Positions 9,885 through 20,861 of a DNA stretch of 64,000 nt are shown in pieces. The translations under genes and the position numbers were made by a program. Numbering within the stretch: position 1 is the first letter of the stretch; every line of letters begins with the position of its first letter. The notes below the pieces were generated by a model. That model was given only the letters and a program-made list of their open reading frames with translations. It was not told the DNA's origin and did not search any database. This stretch comes from Blastocatellia bacterium (GTDB lineage Bacteria; Acidobacteriota; Blastocatellia; UBA7656), in NCBI GenBank assembly GCA_963765495.1, contig CAVXWP010000004.1, positions 256,001-320,000 of the forward strand, given 5' to 3'.

Positions 9885-11375
9885 ATGGCAGCTACACCAA
9901 GAGACGCGGCAGCGATAATACTGCTCAAAGATAAATCGGATCCGAAAGTGTTCTGGGTCAAACGCAACCCGAAGCTCATGTTCATGGGCGGCTTTCATTC
10001 TTTTCCCGGCGGCCAGTTGGATAAAGAAGACTCAGGAATCCGTGTCGCCAATTGCGAAACGGAAGGCGAAGCCTCAATGCGAGCATGTGCCGCGCGCGAA
10101 TTTTTTGAAGAAGCGGGCGTGCTGCTTGCTCGCGGAGCCGAACGCCTCGCGCCCGGGCAGTTAGAGGAGAAACGGCGAGCGATTGCCGAAAAGAGTAAAT
10201 CATTCAAGCAAATCCTCGAAGAGGATAACCTTGAACTGGACGGCTCCGCCTTGATCCAAACAGGGCGATGGGTGACTCCGCCGTTTGCGCCCCGGAGGTT
10301 TGATACGTGGTTTTTTCTTGGCTGGCTCCCCGAAGGCCAGGAACCTTTTGTCGAACCGGGCGAGCTTGAGATGGGCGAATGGATTCGCCCATCCGAGGCT
10401 CTGAAGCTGTGGAAACAAGGCGAAATCATCATGGCTCCGCCTACGCTTCATATCATCAAAACACTTGCGGAATACTCCGACCGTCTGGACGAACTGCCTG
10501 CCGCGCTCACGGCGCTGCCGGAAGCCCGCCGGGGGCAGGTCAGACGCATCGAGTTCAAACCGGGCATATTTCTTTTCCCCGTTGAAACCCGTACCCTTCC
10601 GCCCGCTACACATACGAATTGCTATATCGTAGGCGGCAGCGAAGTCATCATCATCGATCCGGCTTCACCGTTTGAGGAAGAACAAAAAGCCCTCGACGAA
10701 TTTATTGATTCGCTTCTAGCCGAAGGCCGAAGGGTGCGCGAAATCTTTATAACTCATCACCACCCCGACCACGTCGGGGGGATCAATCACCTGAGCCAGC
10801 GCCTCGGCGTACCTGTCGCAGCTCACCCGCTCACGGCTGAAAGGCTGCGGGATTCGGTCAAGGTAGATCGCTTCGTAGAAGATAACGAATTGATCGAACT
10901 CGACGGAGAGCCAGCCCTGAGGTTGCGCGCCTTGCATACGCCCGGCCACACTCGCGGCCACCTCTGTTTTTATGAAGAGGGGATGGGGGCTATCTTGACA
11001 GGCGATCTGATTGTGGGGATCGGGACCGTAGTGATTGATCCGCCCGAAGGCAACATGCAGCAGTACTTCGATTCGCTAAACAGGTTGCTCGAACTTCCGA
11101 AACTCACATCGCTTTTTCCCGCGCACGGCCCGGCCATCGGCTCGGCCCGGGCGAAGATTCAGGAATACATAGATCATCGTCTGATGCGCGAAGACAAGAT
11201 ACTGGATGCAGTGCGAGCGGGCGCTTCGACGCCACACGAGATAGTCGAGGCCGCCTACACCGATGTGTCGCCTTCGCTTTACTGGCTGGCTGAACGCTCG
11301 ACCGTCGCTCATCTGGAAAAACTGGAAACCGAACGCCGCGTGAGTAAAACCGATGGAGGTCAATACCAAATCTAA
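9885..11375 (+). CDS. Nudix hydrolase (NUDT19-like) fused to a LACTB2-like MBL-fold hydrolase with a winged-helix C-terminus
   Basis: FPGG..AAREFFEEAG and RRFDTWFF, then THHHPDHVGG, TPGHT, TGD, PAHG and VAHLEKL. Confidence 0.9.
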   Translation: MAATPRDAAAIILLKDKSDPKVFWVKRNPKLMFMGGFHSFPGGQLDKEDSGIRVANCETEGEASMRACAAREFFEEAGVLLARGAERLAPGQLEEKRRAIAEKSKSFKQILEEDNLELDGSALIQTGRWVTPPFAPRRFDTWFFLGWLPEGQEPFVEPGELEMGEWIRPSEALKLWKQGEIIMAPPTLHIIKTLAEYSDRLDELPAALTALPEARRGQVRRIEFKPGIFLFPVETRTLPPATHTNCYIVGGSEVIIIDPASPFEEEQKALDEFIDSLLAEGRRVREIFITHHHPDHVGGINHLSQRLGVPVAAHPLTAERLRDSVKVDRFVEDNELIELDGEPALRLRALHTPGHTRGHLCFYEEGMGAILTGDLIVGIGTVVIDPPEGNMQQYFDSLNRLLELPKLTSLFPAHGPAIGSARAKIQEYIDHRLMREDKILDAVRAGASTPHEIVEAAYTDVSPSLYWLAERSTVAHLEKLETERRVSKTDGGQYQI

Positions 11376-11943
11376 AGATACGGGCCAAATCGTCATTCCA
11401 CAAAACACGCTTGTTGTGCTCGTAGGTCCCGCCGGATGCGGGAAGTCTACATTCGCAGCAAAACATTTCGTGCCCACCCAGATAGTCTCTTCCGACCAGT
11501 GCCGCGCCCTGGTTTCTGATGATGTGACAAATCAGGGCGTATCTCATCACGCATTCGATCTGATGAATTTTCTGATCAAAAAGAGGTTGCTGCTCGGTCG
11601 TCTCACCGTGGCCGACGCCATGAATATTGATCCCGTCAATCGTAAGCGGCTCGTGAGATTTGCGCGATGGTTCCGGTTTCGCTCGCTCGCTCTGGTCTTC
11701 AAGATACCGCTTGAGACCTGTCTTGCCAGAAACGACGCGCGCGACCGCAGGGTGCCGAAAGACGTTTTGTTAAAGCAGTACAAATTATTTGAGAGCGCCC
11801 GGCACACCATCGGACAGGAAGGGTTCAATGATCTCTTTGTGCTTGATGAAACGGCTCAATCCGAGACGAGCATCGAGATCGCGCCGCCCTACAATCACCC
11901 TGTCAATCGCCCGCCTGCGCAATCGGCTCGTCAACAGGAATAG
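11353..11943 (+). CDS. Stand-alone polynucleotide kinase-like P-loop protein (AAA_33, Pnkp kinase type)
   Basis: [44 protein letters not shown] and [10 protein letters not shown]. Confidence 0.85.
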   Translation: MEVNTKSKDTGQIVIPQNTLVVLVGPAGCGKSTFAAKHFVPTQIVSSDQCRALVSDDVTNQGVSHHAFDLMNFLIKKRLLLGRLTVADAMNIDPVNRKRLVRFARWFRFRSLALVFKIPLETCLARNDARDRRVPKDVLLKQYKLFESARHTIGQEGFNDLFVLDETAQSETSIEIAPPYNHPVNRPPAQSARQQE

Positions 11944-13765
11944 GCGGCCACAGCGCGCGCCGCCATTTCAACATAGCATCTATCAGGACTATCACCACGC
12001 AAGTCATCATGATCGCCGTAAGCACCGTGTTCAGGTATCCGCGAAAGGCCGTAGCCGGATTTGCGGTCTCGGCAAGAAAATTGTCGAAAATCGAGCGCCA
12101 CCCTGCGGTCAGCGTTATCGTAGCGACAAAGACCATAGGCAGAGCCGTCACCCACGCATAACGCGCGCGGCCTTCGTTTATGATGACCGATGTCCCCACG
12201 GCCAGGGCTATCGCGGCGAGCAGTTGATTGGCTATCCCAAACATAGGCCAGATAGTCGAAACCGACCCGGTACGGATGAAATAGACCCAGCCAAAGACGA
12301 CAAGCACGGTCGTCAGGATCGCGCCCGGCATCCAGTCGGGCCGCTCCAAAGGCTCATAGAGCCTCCCCATAAACTCGCCTACCATGAATCGAGCGACACG
12401 TGTGCCCGTGTCTATCGTAGTCATGATGAACAGGGCCTCAAACATAATGGCGAAGTGATACCAGTACTTCATAAGCCCGCGCATGCCGGGCAACCCTGAA
12501 AAAATCTGAGCAATGCCTACGGCGAGCGTTACCGCGCCGCCCGTTCTCCCCTGTAGATTTTTTTCGCCCGTCTCCGCGGTAAGCTCCGCGAGTTTTTGCT
12601 CTCTGAGATCGAAACCTTCGGAACTGTGAGTCTCTACGAACGCGGCGTAATCGGTCCGCGTCCTATCCACATTGATCGAGAAATAATCGCCCGGCAGCAG
12701 CGACGTAGCGGCCACAAGCGCCACCACTCCTACGAGGCCCTCCATAAGCATCCCGCCGTAGCCGATCACCCTCGCGTCGGATTCGCGATTCAGCATCTTT
12801 GGCGTGGTGCCTGAACTGATGAGCGAGTGAAACCCTGAGATGGCTCCGCAGGCGATTGTTACAAAGACAAAAGGAAAGAGCTTGCCCGGAATGATAGGCC
12901 CGCCTCCCGACGCAAAAGGCGTGATCGCGGGCATGTGAAGTTGCGGCGCGACAAACAGGACCCCGATTATGAGAAACGCGACCGTGCCGATCTTCATAAA
13001 CGAACTCAGATAATCGCGCGGGCACAGAAGCATCCAGACGGGCAGGACCGAAGCGATAAAGCCGTACCCGGCCATCATGTATGTGATCGTCCTCTCCGAG
13101 AATGTGAAGTTCGGAGCAAACGAGGATTCGGCTATCCATCCGCCTAGTATGACCGCAAGGAAGAGACCTATCACGCCAATCGTCGTGGCTTCCTTGATCC
13201 TGCCCTTGCGGAATCGGTACATGTAAAACCCCATAAAGAGCGCGAGCGGGATTGTGAACCCCACGGTGAAGGTGCCCCAGGGACTCTCTGCGAGCGCCTT
13301 GACCACGACAAGACCAAGTCCGGCAAGCGCAATAACAACTATGAAAAGGATGGCAACGCCCGTGATGACGCCCGAAAGCGGGCTGATTTCCGTGCGGGCG
13401 ATCTCGGCAAGCGATTTGCCGCGACGGCGCACGCTTGAGACAAGTATGACGAAATCGTGTACGGCTCCGCCGAGGACTACACCTATTACAAGCCAGAGGA
13501 GCCCGGGCAAAAAGCCAAACTGTGCCGCAAGCACCGGCCCTACGAGCGGGCCCGCGCCGGAGATCGCCGCGAAGTGATGCCCGAACAGGACCCATTTATT
13601 TGTAGGGTAGTAATTATGCCCGTCGTTGAAGGTATGAGCCGGTGTAACACGCGAATCATCAAGCGCCATAACCTTTGCGGCGACGAAAGCGCTATAATAG
13701 CGATACGCGATGGCCAGCACGCATAACACGCCTATCATAATCGGGAGTGCGCTGATCTGACTCAT
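11903..13765 (-). CDS. cstA: Carbon starvation protein A transporter
   Basis: [35 protein letters not shown] and [12 protein letters not shown]. Confidence 0.96.
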   Translation of the reverse strand: MSQISALPIMIGVLCVLAIAYRYYSAFVAAKVMALDDSRVTPAHTFNDGHNYYPTNKWVLFGHHFAAISGAGPLVGPVLAAQFGFLPGLLWLVIGVVLGGAVHDFVILVSSVRRRGKSLAEIARTEISPLSGVITGVAILFIVVIALAGLGLVVVKALAESPWGTFTVGFTIPLALFMGFYMYRFRKGRIKEATTIGVIGLFLAVILGGWIAESSFAPNFTFSERTITYMMAGYGFIASVLPVWMLLCPRDYLSSFMKIGTVAFLIIGVLFVAPQLHMPAITPFASGGGPIIPGKLFPFVFVTIACGAISGFHSLISSGTTPKMLNRESDARVIGYGGMLMEGLVGVVALVAATSLLPGDYFSINVDRTRTDYAAFVETHSSEGFDLREQKLAELTAETGEKNLQGRTGGAVTLAVGIAQIFSGLPGMRGLMKYWYHFAIMFEALFIMTTIDTGTRVARFMVGEFMGRLYEPLERPDWMPGAILTTVLVVFGWVYFIRTGSVSTIWPMFGIANQLLAAIALAVGTSVIINEGRARYAWVTALPMVFVATITLTAGWRSIFDNFLAETANPATAFRGYLNTVLTAIMMTCVVIVLIDAMLKWRRALWPPIPVDEPIAQAGD

Positions 13766-13777
13766 TTGATCGTCCCC

Positions 13778-14032
13778 TCAAGCATCAATCTTCAGTCGTT
13801 TCAGAAACTGGCGATCATCGGCGGTGAAATCTTTCTCGGCAGGCGCTTCTGTATCCTCTTTGCGAGACCGCCGGTCCTCGACTGCTATGTTGGCCTCAAG
13901 CATAAGGTAGACTTCGTAACCTGAATCCCTTATGGCCTGCATGATGGCTTCGACTCGCGGGGACCCCGTAACAGTCTCGCTTATGACATCGCCGAGTTCC
14001 TGGAGTAAACCCTTAACTCTTTCTTCCACCAT
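13778..14032 (-). CDS. Small conserved-looking hypothetical protein (84 aa)
   Basis: GAGGG RBS before ATG 14032; C-terminal DRQFLKRLKI; lies just upstream of cstA. Confidence 0.7.
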   Translation of the reverse strand: MVEERVKGLLQELGDVISETVTGSPRVEAIMQAIRDSGYEVYLMLEANIAVEDRRSRKEDTEAPAEKDFTADDRQFLKRLKIDA

Positions 14033-14158
14033 ATACCCTCGCTTTTTGCTGAGATTATTTGCAACGACTGCTATTGCCCCTGATGCTACTGTCTGAGACA
14101 CCGTATGTCAACGCTGCGTTACGCATTTTGTGCTAGCATCAAAATGAGACTAATCGTT

Positions 14159-14752
14159 ATGTTTTTGCTGTCGAAACCCTCAGAAGATCAGATCAGGGAG
14201 TTTATCAAAGCGCAACAGCGGAAGCCGTTTTCATACCCTGATATAGGCGCTACTATCCTGAAACCTCCCGCCGGATACAAGGTTGATCATAATCGCGCAA
14301 GGCTCGGCGAAGGCGGCAAGACCTTTGCCCGCGCCGTTGAAGCCCTGAAAGAGTGGAAAATGTTTGACCTCGGATGGGTCGAGCTTTTCCGGCTCGACCC
14401 GCCCGACAATTCCATAAGGGCAGGTGAAACCCTTGCCGTGCTGATTCATCATTACGGCCTCTGGTCGCTGAATTCCACTCGTATTGTTTACGTCGTGGAA
14501 GAAGATCTTCCCGCGCGAAGATTCGGATTTGCATACGGCACGCTGCCCGAACACGGCGAGCGGGGCGAAGAGAGATTCACTATCGAGTGGAGGCGCGATG
14601 ATGATTCGGTCTGGTATGATCTGCTGGCCTTCTCGCGGCCTCAACACCTGCTTGCGAAAGCGGCTTACCCGCTCGTACGAAGGCTTCAGAAACGCTTTGC
14701 CCGCGATTCTCTTCGCCGTATGGTTGACACCGTGGCGGGCAATCTGAGATAA
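14159..14752 (+). CDS. DUF1990 (YndB-like) family protein
   Basis: FSYPDIGAT, GFAYGTLPEHGERGEERF and AFSRP. Confidence 0.9.
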   Translation: MFLLSKPSEDQIREFIKAQQRKPFSYPDIGATILKPPAGYKVDHNRARLGEGGKTFARAVEALKEWKMFDLGWVELFRLDPPDNSIRAGETLAVLIHHYGLWSLNSTRIVYVVEEDLPARRFGFAYGTLPEHGERGEERFTIEWRRDDDSVWYDLLAFSRPQHLLAKAAYPLVRRLQKRFARDSLRRMVDTVAGNLR

Positions 14753-14811
14753 GCGACCAGTGGAAAGGCGTTTCGCTTTTTATCCATCAACACGTTTTTT
14801 AAGGAGGAAGG

Positions 14812-17800
14812 ATGCTCAGACGTTTCTGGACAGCTCTTTTCATTATATCTGTTATCGCTTCATCAGCCGTTCGGCTGCACGCTCAAGTGCCGCAGGCAAT
14901 CGGCGCTGCCGCGTCCGGTCAACCCGCGCTCGAACGAGACCCGAACCAGCCGATTGATGAAGAATACACAAAGAAGATCGCCGAATACACTACCGAACCT
15001 TTCTTCAATTCTCCGTTGACAAATTACCTGCCCGCTTCAAAAACCGTCCCGACTCCAAAGGTGGTTCTTGGCGATGTGGCGGGCGCGCCGGGCAAGCTTC
15101 CTTACGCCGAAGAGGTCTATCGCTACATGCGAATGCTCGAAAAGGCCAGCCCGCGCGTCAAGGTTTTTTCCATAGGCAAAACCGAAGAAGGGCGCGAGAT
15201 GATCGCCGTGGCCATCTCTTCGGAAGCCAATCTATCCAGCCTGGAAGAGAATCGCGCCAGGCTCGCAAAGCTGGCCGATCCGCGCACGATAAACATGAAC
15301 GACGCCGAAGCCGAGCGGATTGTCGCCGCCTCGGTCCCCGTTTATTACATAACCGGAACCATCCACTCGCCCGAAACCGGCTCGCCCACGGCGCTGATGG
15401 AACTCGCTTATCGCCTCGTCGTAGACGATAGCGCCTATATCAAATCTATCCGCGACGGCCTCATCACGCTTATCACGCCCGTTGTCGAAGTGGACGGACG
15501 CGACCGCATGGTAGACGTATACAACTGGCATCTCGCTCACCCGAAGGAGAACTGGCCGTCTCTCGTTTACTGGGGCCATTACGTAGCTCACGACAACAAC
15601 CGCGATGCCATGTCGCTTACGCTCAATCTCACTCGAAACGTGCTGAAGACCTACGTGGGCTGGAAGGCGCAGGTGCTTCACGACCTGCACGAATCGGTTC
15701 CCTATCTCTATGACAACACGATAGGCGACGGGCCGTACAACGCATGGGTTGATCCGATTCTGACCGATGAATGGCAGATGCTCGGATGGAATAACGTGTC
15801 GGCCATGACCAAATTCGGGATGCCGGGCGTCTTCACTCACGGGACGTTCGATACGTGGTCGCCCGGCTATCTGATGTTTATCGCGGCCTCGCATAACGGC
15901 ATCAGCCGGCTCTACGAAACATTCGGCAACGCCGGGGCCGATACGGTCGAGCGCACGCTTTCGCCCGAGGATTACCAACGGACCTGGTACAAGCAGAACC
16001 CGCCGCTTCCGAAAGCGAAATGGTCACAACGCAACAACAACAATTATCAACAGACGGGATTGCTCACGGCGCTCTCTTACTTCGTGTCTAACAATAAACT
16101 CTTCCTGCGTAACTTTTACCTCAAAGCAAAACGCTCAATCGAAAAGCCTGAACGCGAAGGACCGGCGGCTTACGTCTTCCCGGCCGATGATCCGAGGCCG
16201 GGGGCCCAGGCGGAACTTCTCCGCCTGTTGCAGATGCAGGAGTGCGAAATCTCTCGCGCAACCGCGCCATTCTCAGTCACTTTGAAGACGAAGAAAAAAG
16301 ATAAACCGAAGACAGATTCAACCGACAAAGACGCGAAAACCGGCGAGCAGAAAAAAGATAAAGATGCGCCGACAACCGAGACGCGCCAGTTCCCTGCCGG
16401 GTCTTACATCCTCCGAATGGATCAGCCCTACAGCCGCATCGCGGATATGATCCTCGATTATCAGTACTGGAGCCCGGACGACCCTCAGAAAGATGTCTAC
16501 GATGATACGGGCTGGACATTTGGCGAGCTTGGCAACGTGCAGGTTGTGCGCGTCACGGATGCCAAAGTGCTTGACGCGGCGATGGAGCGCGTTTCAGGCG
16601 AGGTCAAAGCGCCGGGCGCGATCATCGGCACGGGCTCTGTGTTTCTGATAAACCACAACACAGATAACGCCCTGATGACTTTGCGTTACCGGCTGAAGAA
16701 CGCGTCCGTGTCGGTCGCAGAAGAAGGATTTGAAGCGGCTGGCCAAAAATTCAATCGCGGATCGTTTATCATAAGCAAAGTTGGTACTGAAGATTTGAGG
16801 CGGGCGGCGACCGAGCTTGGATTGCAGGCTTACGCCGTGGCGGCGGCCCCTTCGGTGCAATCGCACGCGGTAAAGACTCCGCGCATAGCGATGATGCACA
16901 CCTGGCTTGGCACTCAGGATGAAGGCTGGTGGCGGATTGCATTCGATAAACTGGGTGTGCCCTACGACTATATCAGCACTCAGGATGTAGCCAAAAACAA
17001 CGACCTGAGCGCGAAATACGATGTAATCATTTTTGCCCCCGTTGGGCGGGGCAACCCGCAGGCAATCGTTGACGGGATTCCGCAATGGGGAAATCCCATT
17101 CCCTGGAAGACGACTTCGCTGACTCCAAACCTTGGCAAGATAGATTCGACCGACGACATGCGGCCCGGACTTGGGTGGTCAGGGCTGGAAAACCTGAAGA
17201 CTTTCGTGCGTCGCGGCGGATTGCTCATAAATGTGATGGATACCGCCGATTTCGCGGTGGCGTTTGGTTTCACGCCTGGAGTCTCGATTGCCAGAGCGCA
17301 GAAACTCAAGCTGACGGGCGGCGTGGTGCGTTCGAAATTCGTAGACTCGGCAAGCCCGATTGCATACGGCTACGGCGACGGGCTTTCGATTTACAGTTTT
17401 GACGGCCCTATATTCAACCTCAGCAACATGGCCGGCGGAAGAGGAGGCGGCAGGTCGGAGCGGGAAAGAGCTACGGGGCGGGGCACGACAGACGACCCCG
17501 ACACTCCGCAGGGCAGGCCGGGATTTGAAGCGCCGGAAGAGCCTAAGGCGGAAACATGGGAAGCGCTCCCGCTTACGGATGAACAGAAGCGAAACGGGGT
17601 CTACGTTATACCTCCCGCGAGCCGCCCGCGCGTCGTGTTGCGTTACGCCGACAGCAAAGACCTGCTCGTTTCGGGTCTTCTCGAAGGCGGCAACGAAATA
17701 GCTCAACACGCCGCCGTGATTGACGTGCCGGTCGAGAAAGGCCACGTTGTGCTGTTCTCAAATAATCCCTTCTGGCGCGGAGAGACCTCGGGGAGTTACT

Positions 17801-17865
17801 TTCTGGTCTTCAACGCTATTTTGAATTTCGATAACCTGAATGCCGGAAGGAAACTCGAACAGTAA
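14812..17865 (+). CDS. Secreted M14 family zinc carboxypeptidase
   Basis: Signal peptide; IHSPE, DNNRD and HDLHES zinc and substrate motifs. Confidence 0.9.
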   Translation: MLRRFWTALFIISVIASSAVRLHAQVPQAIGAAASGQPALERDPNQPIDEEYTKKIAEYTTEPFFNSPLTNYLPASKTVPTPKVVLGDVAGAPGKLPYAEEVYRYMRMLEKASPRVKVFSIGKTEEGREMIAVAISSEANLSSLEENRARLAKLADPRTINMNDAEAERIVAASVPVYYITGTIHSPETGSPTALMELAYRLVVDDSAYIKSIRDGLITLITPVVEVDGRDRMVDVYNWHLAHPKENWPSLVYWGHYVAHDNNRDAMSLTLNLTRNVLKTYVGWKAQVLHDLHESVPYLYDNTIGDGPYNAWVDPILTDEWQMLGWNNVSAMTKFGMPGVFTHGTFDTWSPGYLMFIAASHNGISRLYETFGNAGADTVERTLSPEDYQRTWYKQNPPLPKAKWSQRNNNNYQQTGLLTALSYFVSNNKLFLRNFYLKAKRSIEKPEREGPAAYVFPADDPRPGAQAELLRLLQMQECEISRATAPFSVTLKTKKKDKPKTDSTDKDAKTGEQKKDKDAPTTETRQFPAGSYILRMDQPYSRIADMILDYQYWSPDDPQKDVYDDTGWTFGELGNVQVVRVTDAKVLDAAMERVSGEVKAPGAIIGTGSVFLINHNTDNALMTLRYRLKNASVSVAEEGFEAAGQKFNRGSFIISKVGTEDLRRAATELGLQAYAVAAAPSVQSHAVKTPRIAMMHTWLGTQDEGWWRIAFDKLGVPYDYISTQDVAKNNDLSAKYDVIIFAPVGRGNPQAIVDGIPQWGNPIPWKTTSLTPNLGKIDSTDDMRPGLGWSGLENLKTFVRRGGLLINVMDTADFAVAFGFTPGVSIARAQKLKLTGGVVRSKFVDSASPIAYGYGDGLSIYSFDGPIFNLSNMAGGRGGGRSERERATGRGTTDDPDTPQGRPGFEAPEEPKAETWEALPLTDEQKRNGVYVIPPASRPRVVLRYADSKDLLVSGLLEGGNEIAQHAAVIDVPVEKGHVVLFSNNPFWRGETSGSYFLVFNAILNFDNLNAGRKLEQ

Positions 17866-17868
17866 AAC

Positions 17869-17971
17869 GTGATGCGTGGTAGGTGATGCGTGATGCGTGA
17901 AGTCGGCGATAAGCCTGTCAAAAGGCGATTGCTATAAAGTCGCGCATCACGCAATCACCTACCACGCATCA
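17869..17971. repeat. Heptamer-armed palindrome (GTGATGC family)
   Basis: GTGATGCGTGGTAGGTGATGCGTGATGCG ... CGCATCACGCAATCACCTACCACGCATCA between convergent genes. Confidence 0.9.
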
Positions 17972-17984
17972 GAGTGAGTCGCGC

Positions 17985-19379
17985 TCAGCCCAGTTCGACA
18001 ATTTCCTGATAGGTTGGTATAACCACGTTCCAGCCTAACTCCTTGACGATTTTATCGCGCAGAGCCTGTGCCGAATCGGGTTCGCCGTGAACAATGAAGG
18101 TTGCGCGAGGCGGGCGCTTAAACCCTTTGAGCCATTTTAGTATCTCTTCGGAATCGGCGTGCGCAGACAAACTGCCTATGCTCTCGATATGCGCCCTCAC
18201 GGGTATCATCTCGCCGTGTATCTTTACCTCTGTTTCGCCGTCCTGCAAGCGGCGTCCGCGAGTGCCCGCCGCCTGATAGCCTACGAAGATGACGGCGCTT
18301 GCCGGGTCAGGCAAATGCTGAGCGAGGTGATGGAGCACGCGCCCGCCCGTTGCCATCCCCGACGCAGAGATGATAATCGCAGGCCCTTTTAACGAGTTGA
18401 GCGACTTCGACCCTGAACGCCCCTGCACGAGCGTGAAATTGCGCGTGGCGAGCGGATTTCGATTCAGGTTCTGGATTCGCTTCATGTCAAAGTCGTGATC
18501 TTCTTTATGCCTGGAATAGAGCCGCGTGGCCGAAGCTCCCATAGGCGTATCCACAAAGACAGGCAGCACCGGGATTCGGCCTTCGTCCTCAAGCTCGCGC
18601 AGATAATAGACCAGCAATTGAGTCCGGCCCACGGCGAAGGCGGGGATTATGACTTTACCGCCGCGCTCGCTTGCCCGGTTGATTATCTCGGCAAGCCGGT
18701 CCTTTGGATTCGTCTGTTCGTGAGTGCGATTCCCATAAGTGGATTCGATCAGAAGATAATCGGCCTCGTCCACCGGAGAAGGATCGTTCAAAATAGGCTC
18801 GTCGTAGCGGCCAATGTCCCCTGAGAAGAGTATCTTGAACGGTTCGTGGTCAGGTTCGGTCACTTCGACGGCGATAAAGCTTGAGCCGAGTATGTGCCCG
18901 GCAGAAATAAAACTGGCGTTCAAGAATTTGCTCAGGTGAACATTCTGATTATAATCGACACCCTGTACCTGTTTGAGAGCCGAGTTCGCATCCTGCTCGG
19001 TGTAGAGCGGTAGCGCGGGCTGATGTTTTGAAAAGCCCCTGCGATTGGCATAGGCGGCCTCTTCTTCCTGCAACTTCCCCGAATCCGGCAACATTATCTT
19101 CAGTAAATCCGCCGTCGCCTTCGTTGCATAAACCGGGCCGGTGAACCCGTCGCGCACAAGGCGCGGCAGATAGCCCGTGTGATCTATGTGCGCGTGCGTA
19201 AGCAACACCCAGCCGATTGACGCGACATTTATTGGCAAAGTGTGCCAGTTGCGCTCTCTGAGCTCCTTGTAGCCTTGAAACAACCCGCAATCTATCATCG
19301 CCCGGTTGCCGCCTACTTCCAGCACGTATTTTGACCCCGTAACCGTGCCGGTAGCACCTAAAAATTGAAGTTTTGCCAT
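17985..19379 (-). CDS. MBL-fold beta-CASP ribonuclease (Ysh1/TTHA0252-like)
   Basis: THAHIDH, AGHILGS, FSGDIG, ESTYG, FAVGRTQ, SAHAD and VHGE. Confidence 0.95.
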   Translation of the reverse strand: MAKLQFLGATGTVTGSKYVLEVGGNRAMIDCGLFQGYKELRERNWHTLPINVASIGWVLLTHAHIDHTGYLPRLVRDGFTGPVYATKATADLLKIMLPDSGKLQEEEAAYANRRGFSKHQPALPLYTEQDANSALKQVQGVDYNQNVHLSKFLNASFISAGHILGSSFIAVEVTEPDHEPFKILFSGDIGRYDEPILNDPSPVDEADYLLIESTYGNRTHEQTNPKDRLAEIINRASERGGKVIIPAFAVGRTQLLVYYLRELEDEGRIPVLPVFVDTPMGASATRLYSRHKEDHDFDMKRIQNLNRNPLATRNFTLVQGRSGSKSLNSLKGPAIIISASGMATGGRVLHHLAQHLPDPASAVIFVGYQAAGTRGRRLQDGETEVKIHGEMIPVRAHIESIGSLSAHADSEEILKWLKGFKRPPRATFIVHGEPDSAQALRDKIVKELGWNVVIPTYQEIVELG

Positions 19380-19495
19380 AGCGAGGTCACACTATCAGAT
19401 CAGATAAACTGTCAGCAAGGCCGTACCCCTCGCCCTGACTGAAATGCCCCCTGCCCAACGCTTGAGTTTCGGGTCTCGCCGGTTCGTCTTTTATA

Positions 19496-19526
19496 TCTCG
19501 AATCTCAAATCTCGAATCTCAGATTT
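19496..19526. repeat. Heptamer tandem repeat (AATCTCR)
   Basis: TCTCG AATCTCA AATCTCG AATCTCA GATTTG. Confidence 0.65.
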
Positions 19527-19606
19527 GTAATTGTGGATATAAAATAACTTATCTCCTGTTTGGCAATCTGAAAAATATTTTTTAAAAGATATGAAACCAA
19601 ACTCAA

Positions 19607-19639
19607 CTTAACACCGTTAAGCAACTTGACAGCGTTAAG
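19607..19639 (+). promoter_or_regulatory. Tandem palindromic operators, likely TetR autoregulation
   Basis: CTTAAC-ACC-GTTAAG and CTTGAC-AGC-GTTAAG immediately upstream of the TetR start; the second overlaps a TTGACA. Confidence 0.75.
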
Positions 19640-19654
19640 TCTACAAGGACAGAT

Positions 19655-20266
19655 ATGGGACCAAGAGACAGGCGAGAGCGAGAAAGGGAGAATTTACGGC
19701 AGGAGATACTGGACGCCGCGCGCGAGTTATTCGTCGTGGAAGGTTATGAAAACGTCTCTATGCGCCGCATCGCAGACAGGATTGATTATTCGCCTACGAC
19801 GATTTATCTCCATTTCAAGGACAAATCCGACCTGCTTTACCATATCTGCGCCGAGACATTTGCCCGGCTATCTGAGAGGCTCGAAGCGATCTATCGGGAA
19901 TGCGCCGACCCCCTGGAGTGTTTGAAGGAGGGATGCCGCGCATATATTGAATTCGGGTTGAAATTCCCGGATCACTATAAGGTCACATTCATCAATCATC
20001 CCGAGCATCTAAAGCACGACGAGCATATGCCGAAGGAGGAGTCAGCGGGGATGAAGACGTTTTATCATCTCCGCCAGGCGGTTGAAGAATGCATCATTCA
20101 GGGGAAATTCCGTGAAACGGATGTAGACATGGTCAGCCAGATGCTGTGGGCGACGGGTCACGGCATCACTTCTCTGCTGATCTCTTTCCCGGATTTTCCC
20201 TGGGCCGATAAGGAGCGGATGATTGATCTCCTGCTCGATACGCTGGTTGAGGGGCTTAAAGCCTGA
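19655..20266 (+). CDS. TetR/AcrR family regulator (WHG-type C-terminus)
   Basis: ILDAARELF..SMRRIA..YSPTTIYLHFKDK and LWATGHG. Confidence 0.95.
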   Translation: MGPRDRRERERENLRQEILDAARELFVVEGYENVSMRRIADRIDYSPTTIYLHFKDKSDLLYHICAETFARLSERLEAIYRECADPLECLKEGCRAYIEFGLKFPDHYKVTFINHPEHLKHDEHMPKEESAGMKTFYHLRQAVEECIIQGKFRETDVDMVSQMLWATGHGITSLLISFPDFPWADKERMIDLLLDTLVEGLKA

Positions 20267-20403
20267 GTGCTGCTGACATGGTGGTCTACGCAACCCGTGC
20301 CAACACTTTAGCAGCAACGATAAAAGATTTTGTTTGGCCGTCCGACTCCGGCAGGAAGATGGCAAACACAGATTACGGATTTTCTTTGAAAGGATTTTGA
20401 GCT

Positions 20404-20778
20404 ATGAAAAAGAATCTCATGACTTCACTTTTAGGATTGTTTCTGGCGCTTGGACTCACGTCTGCGCCGCAGGTTTTCGGCCAGGAAGGCACCAGGTCTC
20501 TCAAGCTCAACCGCGACAGCGTAGTAGCGGGACAGGCGCTCTCGAAGGGCAATTATACGATCAAATTCGATGAGAGCAAGGACGGCGAGGTGATCTTCCT
20601 CAAAGGCGATCGAGAGGTTGGGAAATCAACCTACAGATTGACTAAGCTTGATAAGACCCCAGCCGATACAAGTGTTGTTTATGCGCTTGGGACGGACGGA
20701 TCATTTCAGGTAAAACGCATCGAGTTCAAGGGACATGATATGGCACTCACTATCGAACAGATAGAGTCGAGTAAGTAA
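20404..20778 (+). CDS. Small secreted beta-rich hypothetical protein
   Basis: Signal peptide; VAGQALSKGNYTIKF; followed by a strong terminator. Confidence 0.8.
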   Translation: MKKNLMTSLLGLFLALGLTSAPQVFGQEGTRSLKLNRDSVVAGQALSKGNYTIKFDESKDGEVIFLKGDREVGKSTYRLTKLDKTPADTSVVYALGTDGSFQVKRIEFKGHDMALTIEQIESSK

Positions 20779-20808
20779 AGAAGAGAACAGAAGGTAGAGA
20801 TAAAACTC

Positions 20809-20861
20809 AGACCACAGACGGACACCCTGAGGCTTAGGGTGTCCGTCTGTGGCTCTTTTTT
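20809..20861 (+). terminator. Intrinsic terminator
   Basis: CCACAGACGGACACCCT..AGGGTGTCCGTCTGTGG stem plus TTTTTT. Confidence 0.88.
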
